DNA of 64,000 bases from assembly GCA_964570865.1 (NCBI GenBank), contig CAZMZM010000006.1, forward strand, positions 196 to 64,195, in the 5' to 3' direction. A model generated the notes under the pieces. That model had not been told where the DNA came from. It did no database searches and saw only the letters and a list, made by a program, of their open reading frames with translations. Of the stretch, positions 26,197 through 36,611 are shown one piece after another (the first letter of the stretch is position 1; each line of letters starts with the position of its first letter). The stretch is from an uncultured Melioribacter sp. Lineage in GTDB: Bacteria > Bacteroidota > Ignavibacteria > Ignavibacteriales > Melioribacteraceae. The position numbers and the translations under genes were made by a program.

Positions 26197-26846
26197 TATT
26201 TTTCAAATAATTTTTTATCCTTTAGTTCGAAAACTTTGAAGTTATTTTTTATTAAAGAATAATCATGCGTGGTAAACAGGACTGCTGTTCCACGCTTGTT
26301 TATTTTTAAAAACAAATCTAATATTTCTTCTGATGTCTCGGGATCCAGATTACCGGTTGGCTCATCGGCTAGCACAAGCATCGGATTGTTTAATAAGGCT
26401 CTTGCTATCGCCGCACGCTGCAATTCCCCGCCTGATAGTTGCGATGGAAACATCTCTTTTTTATCTAACAATCCGACATCCGAGAGAATACTCAATATTT
26501 TTTTCCTTCTCGAACGAAATGAATATCCGAAAATTTCCATTATATATGAAAGGTTTTGATAGATAGTTCTGTCTTGTAAAAATTTAAAATCCTGAAAAAC
26601 TATTCCCAATTTACGCCTGATATTGGGTAAGTCTTTTTCTTTTAGCTCCCGATAGTTAAAATTGTCGAAAATTATTGAACCTGCATTCATTTTCACAGCG
26701 CCGGTAATTAGCCTGATAATAGTTGACTTTCCTACCCCGCTTTTTCCGGTTAAGTAAACAAATTCTCCTTCATCAATTTTAAAATTTATCTCATCAAGAA
26801 GAATCATATCATTGTAGCTAAAACTTACATCTTCAAAAACCAGCAT
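26193..26846 (-). CDS. ftsE: Cell-division ABC ATPase FtsE-like
   Basis: 217 aa with Walker A 'GKSGVGKST', signature 'LSGGELQRAAIARAL' and 'LADEPTGNLD'. It appears collinear with E. coli FtsE (FQD..L..RT[IV]Y.N, VGLLDK..FP.QLSGGE), compared from memory. Confidence 0.75.
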   Translation of the reverse strand: MLVFEDVSFSYNDMILLDEINFKIDEGEFVYLTGKSGVGKSTIIRLITGAVKMNAGSIIFDNFNYRELKEKDLPNIRRKLGIVFQDFKFLQDRTIYQNLSYIMEIFGYSFRSRRKKILSILSDVGLLDKKEMFPSQLSGGELQRAAIARALLNNPMLVLADEPTGNLDPETSEEILDLFLKINKRGTAVLFTTHDYSLIKNNFKVFELKDKKLFEKY

Positions 26847-27572
26847 TTAATCTCTCCTTTTTAATACAAACTGAACTCTGTCCGAATCAGGGTTTGCATC
26901 TTCAAATGTAAAAGCCTCAAAACAATCCGCAACGTACAAAGGGCTATTATCGATTAAATCAAAATAATCAAAAAAATCATAAATCCGTTGTTTATGGATT
27001 TCCGTAAAGATTTCATTCAACGTCTTTATCTCAAATTTATTGATATGCAGCTTATTTCTTTTATCGTAAAAACTTTTTTGCGTGAACTCAAAATCTCCGG
27101 TTTTTCCGTCTCTGTTCAGATGTTCTAAATTATTCAGACTGTTTTGCTCAAGACTAACATCAAACGTAAAAATACCATTCTCGGATAAAACATCGCTAAC
27201 GGATTCAAACAGCAAACTTAAATCATCTTTAGTCAAAAGGTAATTTACACTATCGAATGCAGAGAAAACAAAATCGAACTTACGCTTAAACGGAATCCTT
27301 CTCATATCGCAGCAGACTTTTTCGGCGATTTGTTTTTCTGCAATTTGAAGCATAGATAAGGAGTTATCAGTTGCTATGGTATAAATTTCAAATCTCTTCA
27401 AACTTTCCGCTAATGCGCAAGTTCCCGAAGCAAGTTCTAAAACAATTTGATTTTTACACTCATATTCGTTAAACAGCTCCATGATGTATTCGGACCAAGC
27501 GTCGTAATCAACATCATCCATTAGATGAGAGTATAATTTGCTCAAGATTTGATATTGCTTAACCTTCTCCAT
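26847..27572 (-). CDS. Class I SAM-dependent methyltransferase
   Basis: 241 aa with motif I-like 'VLELASGTC' and a Rossmann-like pattern. Substrate unknown. Confidence 0.6.
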   Translation of the reverse strand: MEKVKQYQILSKLYSHLMDDVDYDAWSEYIMELFNEYECKNQIVLELASGTCALAESLKRFEIYTIATDNSLSMLQIAEKQIAEKVCCDMRRIPFKRKFDFVFSAFDSVNYLLTKDDLSLLFESVSDVLSENGIFTFDVSLEQNSLNNLEHLNRDGKTGDFEFTQKSFYDKRNKLHINKFEIKTLNEIFTEIHKQRIYDFFDYFDLIDNSPLYVADCFEAFTFEDANPDSDRVQFVLKRRD

Positions 27573-28542
27573 CTCTCTTCTTCAAAATTTTAACAGCCCA
27601 ACCGATTGATTGAAGAAAACTTTTTTCGTCTGCAATACCTTTCCATGCAATGTCATATGCAGTTCCGTGGTCGGGAGATGTACGAACATATGGCAATCCT
27701 GCTGTGTAATTTACGCCTGTATTAAAATTAATCATCTTAAACGGAATGAGCACTTGGTCGTGATACATGCCTAAAACAAAGTCATAATTTAAATAGTTGT
27801 TAGTTGCGAAAAAGGCATCCGGCACAAAAGGACCTTCGATATTATTTGATTTTGAGTTAAACTTATTTATTAACGGCACAATCACCTCAACTTCCTTTGT
27901 CCCGATATAACCATTTTCCCCTGCATGCGGATTTAAACCTAAAACGGCAATTTTAGGTTTGTTAATGCCGAAGTCATCTCTAAGCATATTTACGGCAATT
28001 GTTAACTTATCGTTAATTAACTTTGACGTGATAAGCCGATCAACATCTTTTATCGGGACGTGAATTGTAGCTAATCCGGTTTTGAAAGTATCCGAGATAA
28101 ATGTCATCATATAATTTGTAATTTTACTTCTGTCCGCCAACAGCTTTGTATGTCCGTTGTATTTTACTCCGGCTAAAGCGAATGCCTCTTTTGAAAGAGG
28201 AGCTGTAACAATACCCTCCGCCCTACCGGATTCCACCAACTTTATTGCGGTATCAAGAGCATCATAAGCCGCCATACCGCTTTCACGCGTCGCCTTTCCT
28301 ATGTTGAACGAATATTCATTAATTAGAAAAAGTTTAATTCCTTTAGATGGTTGCATGTTCGGTTTGAAAATGGAATATGGGAAATCTGGGTTTACTAACT
28401 CAATCGCTTTATTGAATATCGATTCGGGAATAATAATTATTAATTCATCTTCCAAATCGGAATGGATTCTTGTAAGAGATTTAATAATTATCTCAGGACC
28501 AATTCCGTTAATATCGCCGCATGTTAAAGCTAAAGATTTCAT
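27559..28542 (-). CDS. pdxA: 4-hydroxythreonine-4-phosphate dehydrogenase
   Basis: 327 aa with 'GDINGIGPEII', 'NPHAGENG' and 'SPDHGTA', typical of PdxA. Confidence 0.85.
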   Translation of the reverse strand: MKSLALTCGDINGIGPEIIIKSLTRIHSDLEDELIIIIPESIFNKAIELVNPDFPYSIFKPNMQPSKGIKLFLINEYSFNIGKATRESGMAAYDALDTAIKLVESGRAEGIVTAPLSKEAFALAGVKYNGHTKLLADRSKITNYMMTFISDTFKTGLATIHVPIKDVDRLITSKLINDKLTIAVNMLRDDFGINKPKIAVLGLNPHAGENGYIGTKEVEVIVPLINKFNSKSNNIEGPFVPDAFFATNNYLNYDFVLGMYHDQVLIPFKMINFNTGVNYTAGLPYVRTSPDHGTAYDIAWKGIADEKSFLQSIGWAVKILKKRDGEG

Positions 28543-29765
28543 CTCGAACCGAATAATTTGTATTCACCAAGACCGCGTTTATCGATAAAAATAAATTTAT
28601 GATTCCCGTAACTCCAAATTTCACGAGAGTAACCTAACTTAGTAAAATCTCTATTAATTGTAAATGGTTTTCCGTTTCGAATAAATATTTTACCTCTGTC
28701 GGTCTTATATCCGGGCAAGTTTTTCGATACGGAAAAATGTTCATCCGCATAATCCACACGCTTAAAAAATTCATCCATTAAAGGATTGAAAGCGGTTGAA
28801 GGGTCATCATCGTACTTTGCCCAAACAGCAAAGATATTCTCCATACGATCAGCGTCGTCGGAGTTTCTCAGCTTTTCAATGTCCGCTTTAGGAAAAATAA
28901 AACTCATTGCTTCAACGGCATCATCCCAATCGGAAAATATTTTAGGAATCTGCTCCCAATAAACAGTAATTGTACGATAAACTAATGATTTACCATCATC
29001 AATAAAGATAGTTGCTTCACCGGGAATTAATTTTGAAAAAGCATTAATGCATTGATAAATTTTCAAACCGTTTTCGCCGTTTTTGAACTGTGCCAGCAAT
29101 TCTCCGGCATCTTCTTTTAGATTCAAAAATCTACTGGTATTATAACTCAATTTATCTTTGAAAACTACCTTCCCAAATTGTTTGACTATTAAGTTTACGT
29201 TTGTTAAATCCTTGTCGGATAAAAGTAAAAAAGTATTTGTCCGGTTATTAACGGGATAATAATCACCGAGCGAAATCACTCTTTTCTTCACGGAATTGAT
29301 ACTATCTTTTAATACAAAAAAGGGGAAATAATTTTTCGATGAAGTTCCGATAATACGCTTCGATGGTAAAGAAAAAGGACTTGACTCGTTGTTTAACAAA
29401 AGACTTGACTTTAGTAAGTAATTTTCGACAGGCAAAACAGCAGAAAAAAGAAAGCCAAGTTTTTTCTTTGATTTTGTCAACTTATAATTTTCAGCAAAAA
29501 CGCTTTTAGTTTTTTTATCCCTAAATAAGTTTTTAGTGGAATCATATAGCTCAACGGAAAAAGTAGCAGAGGCACTAAACCCGTTATCCGATTTAGTGAA
29601 GATTAATCGGGAATACTCAACCGTATAAAAAATAAAGACTTTTTCTTTCTGCCCGCTTTTCAAAACAATTGTCTGCAGATTGTAAGACGACTGAGAAAAT
29701 GAGACAGTTACTAAAAAAATAGTTAGGACAAAAATACTAAGCCATGAACGACCAATAAAGTTCAA
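28539..29765 (-). CDS. GWxTD-domain protein (secreted, unknown function)
   Basis: 408 aa with a TTG start 1 nt after the rho stop and a signal peptide. The C-terminal 'PGYKTDRGKIFIRNGKP...REIWSY' matches the GWxTD domain pattern. Confidence 0.6.
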   Translation of the reverse strand: MNFIGRSWLSIFVLTIFLVTVSFSQSSYNLQTIVLKSGQKEKVFIFYTVEYSRLIFTKSDNGFSASATFSVELYDSTKNLFRDKKTKSVFAENYKLTKSKKKLGFLFSAVLPVENYLLKSSLLLNNESSPFSLPSKRIIGTSSKNYFPFFVLKDSINSVKKRVISLGDYYPVNNRTNTFLLLSDKDLTNVNLIVKQFGKVVFKDKLSYNTSRFLNLKEDAGELLAQFKNGENGLKIYQCINAFSKLIPGEATIFIDDGKSLVYRTITVYWEQIPKIFSDWDDAVEAMSFIFPKADIEKLRNSDDADRMENIFAVWAKYDDDPSTAFNPLMDEFFKRVDYADEHFSVSKNLPGYKTDRGKIFIRNGKPFTINRDFTKLGYSREIWSYGNHKFIFIDKRGLGEYKLFGSR

Positions 29766-29766
29766 C

Positions 29767-31020
29767 TTAGCTGTTCATACTATTAAGAAATTCTTTATTA
29801 GTTTTAGTCCCTTTCATTCTGCTCAGCAAAAAGTCCATTGCTTCAACAGGATCATAGTCGCTTAGGAATTTACGTAAAATCCAAATTTTATTAAGTTCGT
29901 CTTCCGACAAGAGGAGTTCCTCTTTTCTGGTTCCGGTTTTGTTTAAATCAATTGCAGGGAAGATTCGTCTATCGGCAAGCGAACGATTAAGAACTAATTC
30001 CATATTGCCGGTACCTTTAAATTCTTCGAAAATAACTTCATCCATTCTGCTGCCGGTTTCTACAAGCGCAGTAGCAATGATTGTAAGACTTCCGCCTTCG
30101 TCAATATTACGAGCGGCTCCAAAGAATCTTTTAGGTTTGTGAAGCGCATTGGAGTCAACGCCACCTGAAAGGATTCTACCGCTATGGGGGCTGACTGTGT
30201 TGTGAGCTCGCGCCAAGCGTGTAATGCTATCGAGTAAAATTACAACATCGTGCCCAACCTCAACCATTCTTTTTGCTTTTTCGATTACCATATTGGCAAC
30301 CTGTACGTGGCGTTCGGGCTGTTCATCGAATGTTGATGCAACAACTTCGGCATTCACCGAACGTTTCATGTCGGTAACTTCTTCAGGGCGTTCGTCAATA
30401 AGAAGCATCATCAGTTTCACTTCCGGATGATTACGCGTAATCGAGTTAGCCATTTTTTGCAGAAGAATGGTTTTACCGCTCTTAGGAGGCGAAACAATCA
30501 AACCTCTCTGACCTTTTCCGATTGGCGAAAGTAAGTCAACTATTCTCATCGAATATTCGCCGGGTGATGTTTCGAGATGAAGCCGTTTGTTCGGATAAAG
30601 CGGAATCAAATTATCAAAGAAAGTTCTTTGTCTGATTTTTTCCGGACTAACTCCGTTTACGGCTTCGACTCTAAGCAGAGCAAAGAATCGTTCGCTGTCC
30701 TTGGGAGGACGAACTTGACCGCTGACAAAGTCGCCGGTCTTAAGGTAAAATCTTTTTATTTGTGAAGGTGAAATGTAAATGTCGTCAGGGGAAGGTAAGT
30801 AGTTATAATCTTCAGATCTCAGAAATCCGTAACCATCCGGAAGAACTTCGAGAACTCCTTTCGAAAAAGTAAGCCCGTCTTTTTTTGTTTGTTCCTCCAA
30901 GATTTTCACAATTAGATCTTGCTTACGTAAATCTCTAAAATGATCAAGTTTTAATTCTTTTGCTATTTGGTATAAATCCACCAATTTCTTTTTTTGCAGT
31001 TCAGAAATGTCCATTGGCAT
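29767..31020 (-). CDS. rho: Transcription termination factor Rho
   Basis: 417 aa with the N-terminal '[17 protein letters not shown]', an OB/RNA-binding 'GYGFLR', Walker A 'PPKSGKT' and '[10 protein letters not shown]'. Confidence 0.95.
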   Translation of the reverse strand: MPMDISELQKKKLVDLYQIAKELKLDHFRDLRKQDLIVKILEEQTKKDGLTFSKGVLEVLPDGYGFLRSEDYNYLPSPDDIYISPSQIKRFYLKTGDFVSGQVRPPKDSERFFALLRVEAVNGVSPEKIRQRTFFDNLIPLYPNKRLHLETSPGEYSMRIVDLLSPIGKGQRGLIVSPPKSGKTILLQKMANSITRNHPEVKLMMLLIDERPEEVTDMKRSVNAEVVASTFDEQPERHVQVANMVIEKAKRMVEVGHDVVILLDSITRLARAHNTVSPHSGRILSGGVDSNALHKPKRFFGAARNIDEGGSLTIIATALVETGSRMDEVIFEEFKGTGNMELVLNRSLADRRIFPAIDLNKTGTRKEELLLSEDELNKIWILRKFLSDYDPVEAMDFLLSRMKGTKTNKEFLNSMNS

Positions 31021-31364
31021 AATAAATCCTATTATTTGTTATAAAAATTAATTTTCTATTTAATTAAATAAAAATTTCAAAAGATAATCCGCGACATTGA
31101 AGCCAAAAAACTAAGGGAAAAAATTAACGATTCTAATGTTATATGATTTCAAGCAGAAAGCTACTCAGAGACGACCCCGTTATTTCACATGGATAATTTG
31201 ATTAGAAAATATATTTTTCAATTGCAACTTTATTCGGTGTTTTTTCAGAAAGTGAAATTTTGAATTATTTTTTTGAATTACTTACGTAATATCAATATTT
31301 ATTTTGGAAAATTCAAATATTTTTTAAAATCTATATTTTCATTGCTAATCAGAATCAATAACTT

Positions 31365-31398
31365 ATAAAAAGAAGCCCCTCCAAAACTTAGAAAGGGC
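31365..31398 (-). terminator. Possible intrinsic terminator after the MFS gene
   Basis: The minus-strand RNA has GCCCUU(12-nt loop)AGGGGC, a 6-bp stem with 4 GC pairs, followed by UUCUUUUUAU. Modest stem. Confidence 0.4.
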
Positions 31399-31410
31399 AT
31401 TCAAAAATTA

Positions 31411-31438
31411 TCAATTGTCAATTCTCAATTATCAATTG
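31411..31438. repeat. Heptad array (TCAATTN)x4, copy 1
   Basis: tcaattg tcaattc tcaatta tcaattg, read directly. It starts 4 nt beyond the MFS stop codon (31442-31444). Confidence 0.85.
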
Positions 31439-31441
31439 CTT

Positions 31442-33076
31442 TTAATCTGCTTTTTCTTTGAATCCTCGAAGCATCCAGTTTTTGGCAAGGATTAAACTAA
31501 CGGGAGTAATAATTGCAATTAATCCGTAAATAAACCACATGGTACCGGTGTGTAAATCCACTACCGGAGTATTTTTAGGACAATACTTTTCAAGGAAATA
31601 ACCGGAATAAAATCCCGTAAAAACTTTATCTAAAAACCATGGGAACTGCCCTACTCCCATGTAAAGCCCAACTTTTCCTTTAGGTGCAACTTCGGCGATC
31701 CACTGCAAAAATCTTGGTGACCACATCGCTTCACCGATTGTCATCATCAAAACGTAAGTAAGGAAAAGAGGAATACTTGGTCCCACGGCAAGTAGAAAAG
31801 TAGGGATTGCCATAACGAGCGTTCCGTAAATCATCATTTTGTAAACGTTTGCACTTGCAGTTAGTCCGGCGATTATTGGCGTTAAAAGAAAAATCAGTAC
31901 AGGATTTAAGTTTGAAAAAACTTCAAAATACTGACTTACAACTGTTCCCTGAAACGCTCGGTCCAAGTAATAAGGAAGCGTTAACCAGTTATGTGCAAAA
32001 AGTGTTTGAACAGGAACCAGAATAAAAATAAAAAATGTAAATCTTTTATCACGGAAAGGATGCCAAGGGCGACGTTTAAGATAATCAATTGTAGCAAGAA
32101 TAATCATTACAAGAAATAATATGAACGCTACGTCAATGTGTATATTCAAACCAAAAAGTTGAGCATCAAAAATTTTGTTTATTGAGTTTTCAATTCCATA
32201 TCCCGATAAAAAGAAGAATAAAACAGCAAATAAAGTAACAATAATAATCGGAATGTTATTTACTTTTATGTCAGGTTTAACCTCTTCTTCCTCTTGATGT
32301 TCAATACCGGCAGCATCGTCAGCATCATCGTTTTCTTGTTTTACTCTATCGATAGCGGCTTTATCGGTTTTACGTGTAATTAATACTATTGTTAAAATTA
32401 ATGAAACAGCCGTCAGTAAAACATAAACCCAAAACACTGCGGTTAAGCCATTCGGAGGAAATACATCCTTAAATCCGTGGCGAGTAAAAGAAGAAATAAA
32501 GCCCGACAAAAAAGCTCCGAGATTCATAAAACCGTAAATTACGGCATATCCCATTGCAGCAGTCTTTTTATTGGTATAGCGTTTTACTCCGGCGTAGGCT
32601 GCAGGCTGAAAAAGTCCGTATGCCAAAACCATTACTGTCAATCCGCCGATAAGAGTAAAAAACATAGGTGACCAAAGTCCCGTTCCCAAATTGAGCGTAC
32701 CTGAGAGAGATATAAAAAATCGTCCGATAAGCATTGCCAGAAATGCCAGGACAAGAGATTTTCGAACTCCTAATTTATCAGACATACCTCCGAACAACAG
32801 CATGGCAAATGTAATTCCGCCTGTAACAAAACTGTAAACCAATCCGGCTTGGGCATCAGTTAATCCAACATTTTCGGATGAAAATTTTCCAAGAATTGTT
32901 AAAATTCCAAAATATACCAATCCTTCGATAATATAAGGAAGATTTATTCCCCATAGTGCGGTAGGTGCTTTAATAAAAGCATGAAAGGTTTCGTTCAATT
33001 CCTTGAAAGCATCTCGAACAACCTCGCCGAAGGTTTTCTTTTTTGTTTCGGCAGCAGCATTATTTTCGCCAGACAT
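31442..33076 (-). CDS. MFS-type transporter (possibly POT/peptide-transporter-like)
   Basis: 544 aa with about 12-14 hydrophobic helices and a central acidic loop (DDADDAAGIEHQEEEE). 'EGLVYFGI' loosely resembles the POT ExxERFxYYG region. Confidence 0.6.
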   Translation of the reverse strand: MSGENNAAAETKKKTFGEVVRDAFKELNETFHAFIKAPTALWGINLPYIIEGLVYFGILTILGKFSSENVGLTDAQAGLVYSFVTGGITFAMLLFGGMSDKLGVRKSLVLAFLAMLIGRFFISLSGTLNLGTGLWSPMFFTLIGGLTVMVLAYGLFQPAAYAGVKRYTNKKTAAMGYAVIYGFMNLGAFLSGFISSFTRHGFKDVFPPNGLTAVFWVYVLLTAVSLILTIVLITRKTDKAAIDRVKQENDDADDAAGIEHQEEEEVKPDIKVNNIPIIIVTLFAVLFFFLSGYGIENSINKIFDAQLFGLNIHIDVAFILFLVMIILATIDYLKRRPWHPFRDKRFTFFIFILVPVQTLFAHNWLTLPYYLDRAFQGTVVSQYFEVFSNLNPVLIFLLTPIIAGLTASANVYKMMIYGTLVMAIPTFLLAVGPSIPLFLTYVLMMTIGEAMWSPRFLQWIAEVAPKGKVGLYMGVGQFPWFLDKVFTGFYSGYFLEKYCPKNTPVVDLHTGTMWFIYGLIAIITPVSLILAKNWMLRGFKEKAD

Positions 33077-33091
33077 ACATACTCCGTTTTT

Positions 33092-34102
33092 TCATAAAAT
33101 ATTAACTTCAGTTTGCAAAGATATGTTAAATTTTTTCAAAATTAAATTTTTTATTTTTCCGGCAAGCTCTAACACCTCTTTTCCGGTTGCGTTTCCGTAA
33201 TTAATAAGAACAAGAGCCTGTTTATTGCTTACTCCCACATTGCCTTCACGATAACCTTTCATGCCGGCGTTTTCGATTAACCACCCTGCGGGAATTTTAT
33301 ATTCCTGATTGCCGAATTCAAAAACAGGTAAATGCGGAAATTTTTGTTTTAATTCTTTTACCTTATTTATTGAAACTACGGGATTCTTGAAAAAGCTCCC
33401 GGCATTCCCTAATTTATCGGGGTCCGGAAGTTTTTCGGTTCTTATTTTTATTATCTCTTCTCTAACTGCTATTTGATCGACATTTTTATTATTTGCAAAT
33501 ATTTTTTTTAGCGGACGGTAGTTCAATTTGGGATTTGGCAATTTGGATAATTTTAAAGCAATCGATGTTACAATAAAATCGTTTTTCAGTCTATGCTTAA
33601 AAATACTGTCCCGATACCCGAATTCGCATTTTTGATTTGAGAGTCTGTGCTTCGTGAAATTAACAGATGAAATACCTTTTACCCAAATCAGATGTTCACT
33701 TATTTCGGTGCCGTAAGCCCCGATATTCTGAATTGGCGCCGCTCCCGCTGTTCCGGGAATTAAGGAAAGATTTTCAATTCCCCATAAACCGTTTTGCACA
33801 GTAAATTCAACCAGTTTATCCCACTCAACACCGGCAGAGGCTTCTATTGTTGCCGAACTTTCATCTTCATTTATCACAAGAATTTCATTGGAATTTTGGC
33901 AAATAGTAATTCCATCAAAATCGGAAGTAAAGAGAATATTACTTCCCTTTCCTATTAGCAAAGTTCTTAAATTATTTTGCTTTGCAAAATTGAGAGCTTC
34001 AGTTAACTCTTTGTCATTGGAAGGCGAAACAAAATATCGAGTAACAACATCAATTCCAAATGTGTTAAAATCTTTAAGTGAAAAATATTCTTGTATTAGC
34101 AA
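33092..34102 (-). CDS. murB: UDP-N-acetylenolpyruvoylglucosamine reductase
   Basis: 336 aa with a TTG start. 'FNTFGI', 'LIGKGSNILF' and 'GSFFKNP' are typical of type I MurB. Confidence 0.85.
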   Translation of the reverse strand: MLIQEYFSLKDFNTFGIDVVTRYFVSPSNDKELTEALNFAKQNNLRTLLIGKGSNILFTSDFDGITICQNSNEILVINEDESSATIEASAGVEWDKLVEFTVQNGLWGIENLSLIPGTAGAAPIQNIGAYGTEISEHLIWVKGISSVNFTKHRLSNQKCEFGYRDSIFKHRLKNDFIVTSIALKLSKLPNPKLNYRPLKKIFANNKNVDQIAVREEIIKIRTEKLPDPDKLGNAGSFFKNPVVSINKVKELKQKFPHLPVFEFGNQEYKIPAGWLIENAGMKGYREGNVGVSNKQALVLINYGNATGKEVLELAGKIKNLILKKFNISLQTEVNIL

Positions 34103-34103
34103 A

Positions 34104-36491
34104 TTATTTCCAATCGATAAAATTTAATTTATTTCCGTCTGTCGATAAAATTATCGCACCGGAATTATCTGTTCTTTTAATTCCGACACCGAATTTATTT
34201 AATCTTGCAATAGTTTCAAAATTCGGATGACCGAATTTATTATTTTCACCGACGCTAATCAATGCCCAAGTCGGTTTAACATAATTTAAAAATAATTCCG
34301 ATGTTGAAGACTTACTTCCGTGATGCCCTGCTTTTAATACATCAGTTTTCAAAAACTTTCCGTAAAGTTCCGTCCATAATCGTTCCCCTTCTTTTTCCAA
34401 ATCGCCTGTAAATAAAATCGACTTATCGCCGTAACAAAGTTTGATAAGGCCACTTTTATTATTCTGCGAAAAACATTTATACTTTATTAATGAAGAATCA
34501 TTCAAAAAATATAATCTCGTTCCGCCAATTGAAAACGCCTTACGATTGTAGTACTCAATAGGAATATTAAAGTGATTTACATAATTTTCAAAACGCAAAT
34601 CTTTGAAAATATTTTTATCCAAAACCGGTTTGTAAACCCTCTCAATCAAACCGTCGTATATTAGAGATATACTCCCCCGATAATGATCCGCATCAATGTG
34701 TGAAATAAATAGAAAATTAATTTTATCGATACTCAGATAACGAAGAAGCGGTTCAATAACAAATCTGCCGTTGTCAAAGTGCCTGGTTGCATTTCCGGCA
34801 TCTATTAATGCGGTTTTACCGTTTGGAAATTTAATTAGTAAACAATCGCCTTGCCCAATATCCACGGCTATTACATAAAGCTTTCCCTCCTGCAACAAAG
34901 GGGGAGAAATTATCGGAGAATATGTAAAAAATAAAAAAACGGAAATTACAAGTACCGCAATTTTGGCTTTGATATTTTGAAATTTGAGAAATGAATACGT
35001 AACCGCCGCCAACAGTGAAAAATATAGTATCGCATCGAACCAGGTAAAATTTACAATTGGAAGATGAGAATACGTAAGAGAACTTGAGAGTTTTGCGAGA
35101 TAGAACATCAGTCTGATAATTAGCGTATTTGTTGTAGCGAACAGAATTCCGATATATATTGATACAAATGAAAATAAAATTGAAGCAACGGCAAGCGCAA
35201 CTACCACGCCAATCAACGGAACAATAATAATATTCACAAAGAATGAGATGAGAGATAACTTTCTAAAATATATTAACGTAATCGGTAAAGTTCCGATCTG
35301 TGCCGCGAAAGTCAGAGAAAAAAGAAGGATGATATTTCTAATAAATTGATTCCCGATTTGTAAGTTGTAAACAATTTTTTCAAGGTACGGATAGAAAAAT
35401 AGGATTGAAAAAACTGCGGCAAATGAAAGTTGAAATCCGGGGTTAAAAAGTTCCTCCGGATTAAATACGAGAATGATGAAAGCCGCCAGCGCCAAAGTAT
35501 TGAACGAACTGTAATTACGTCCGGAAACAAAAGCAAAAATCATAATAATCGCCATTACTCCTGCGCGTATTACTGAAGGATGTCCACCGCTGATAATAAT
35601 AAAGAGCAAAATGCCTACAACCGTAATCCCGCTTTTTAAAAACAGATTGAATCTCCCGAACAGAAGGAACAGAATTGCCACGATAAAGCCAACATGCAGA
35701 CCGGAAACAGCGAGCACATGCACAGTGCCTGAATTGATGAAATCCGCAACTATCGATTTGTCCAAATCTTTTCTTTCTCCGAGTATTAACGCTTTGACCA
35801 AATGCTTTTCTTCACCAATATAGATTTTCCCAATTTGCTTGGCTATTGCAAGGCGCATCAAATAGATGATCGATTTCAAGGTTTTATTCTGACCGTCAAG
35901 AAGCTTAATGTCTTGCAAATGATAAATCGAAACTTGAGCGGCAACTCCTTCGCCCCTTAAATATTGACGATAATCAAACTCACCCGGATTTCTTTTGTTT
36001 CGCGGACGGAATATTTTCCCGTTAACTTCGATATAATTCCCCGGAAGATATTTTCCCGAGAACCGTCTAATGGAAGATTTACTACCGTAAAACTTACACT
36101 GTGCCGAAGTAGTAGTTATATATTTTGAATTTTGAGTTTTAATTGAATCTATATTCAATATAAAACTTACCGTTTTCTCTCGAGGAAGATTAAGAGTTTC
36201 AATCCGTCCGAATATCTTGGCATTTCTAATTTCTGTTTGTTTAAACGGGTAATCGGGAAGTCTGATTTTATACTGCGAAAAAGATAAATAACCGAGCAGA
36301 ATAATTAATGTAATTAACGAAATATTTTCAACTGAATGTTTTGATAAGTAATGTAAAACAAAAGTAACGATAATAACAAGAATTACGAAGTAGGATACCA
36401 CGGCAATTCCAACCGTAAAATATTTACTCAGGAAAATTCCAAACGAGTAATAAACCACTAATTTTACAAGGGGAGATTCGCTAACTTTCAA
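34104..36491 (-). CDS. comEC: ComEC/Rec2 family DNA internalization protein with a C-terminal metallo-beta-lactamase domain
   Basis: 795 aa with a TTG start and a polytopic central competence domain ('GTVHVLAVSGLHVG'). The C-terminal MBL has 'SHIDADH' and 'GHHGS'. Confidence 0.85.
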   Translation of the reverse strand: MKVSESPLVKLVVYYSFGIFLSKYFTVGIAVVSYFVILVIIVTFVLHYLSKHSVENISLITLIILLGYLSFSQYKIRLPDYPFKQTEIRNAKIFGRIETLNLPREKTVSFILNIDSIKTQNSKYITTTSAQCKFYGSKSSIRRFSGKYLPGNYIEVNGKIFRPRNKRNPGEFDYRQYLRGEGVAAQVSIYHLQDIKLLDGQNKTLKSIIYLMRLAIAKQIGKIYIGEEKHLVKALILGERKDLDKSIVADFINSGTVHVLAVSGLHVGFIVAILFLLFGRFNLFLKSGITVVGILLFIIISGGHPSVIRAGVMAIIMIFAFVSGRNYSSFNTLALAAFIILVFNPEELFNPGFQLSFAAVFSILFFYPYLEKIVYNLQIGNQFIRNIILLFSLTFAAQIGTLPITLIYFRKLSLISFFVNIIIVPLIGVVVALAVASILFSFVSIYIGILFATTNTLIIRLMFYLAKLSSSLTYSHLPIVNFTWFDAILYFSLLAAVTYSFLKFQNIKAKIAVLVISVFLFFTYSPIISPPLLQEGKLYVIAVDIGQGDCLLIKFPNGKTALIDAGNATRHFDNGRFVIEPLLRYLSIDKINFLFISHIDADHYRGSISLIYDGLIERVYKPVLDKNIFKDLRFENYVNHFNIPIEYYNRKAFSIGGTRLYFLNDSSLIKYKCFSQNNKSGLIKLCYGDKSILFTGDLEKEGERLWTELYGKFLKTDVLKAGHHGSKSSTSELFLNYVKPTWALISVGENNKFGHPNFETIARLNKFGVGIKRTDNSGAIILSTDGNKLNFIDWK

Positions 36492-36611
36492 TACTCGCTC
36501 TCAAATATCTTTTTTTACAACTCCTCATTTTGCCCAGATGTTTAATTCGATTTGATAAAGATATGGGTTTTTGAAGAGAGTGTAAAGATAGATTTTGCGC
36601 AATTAATAATG

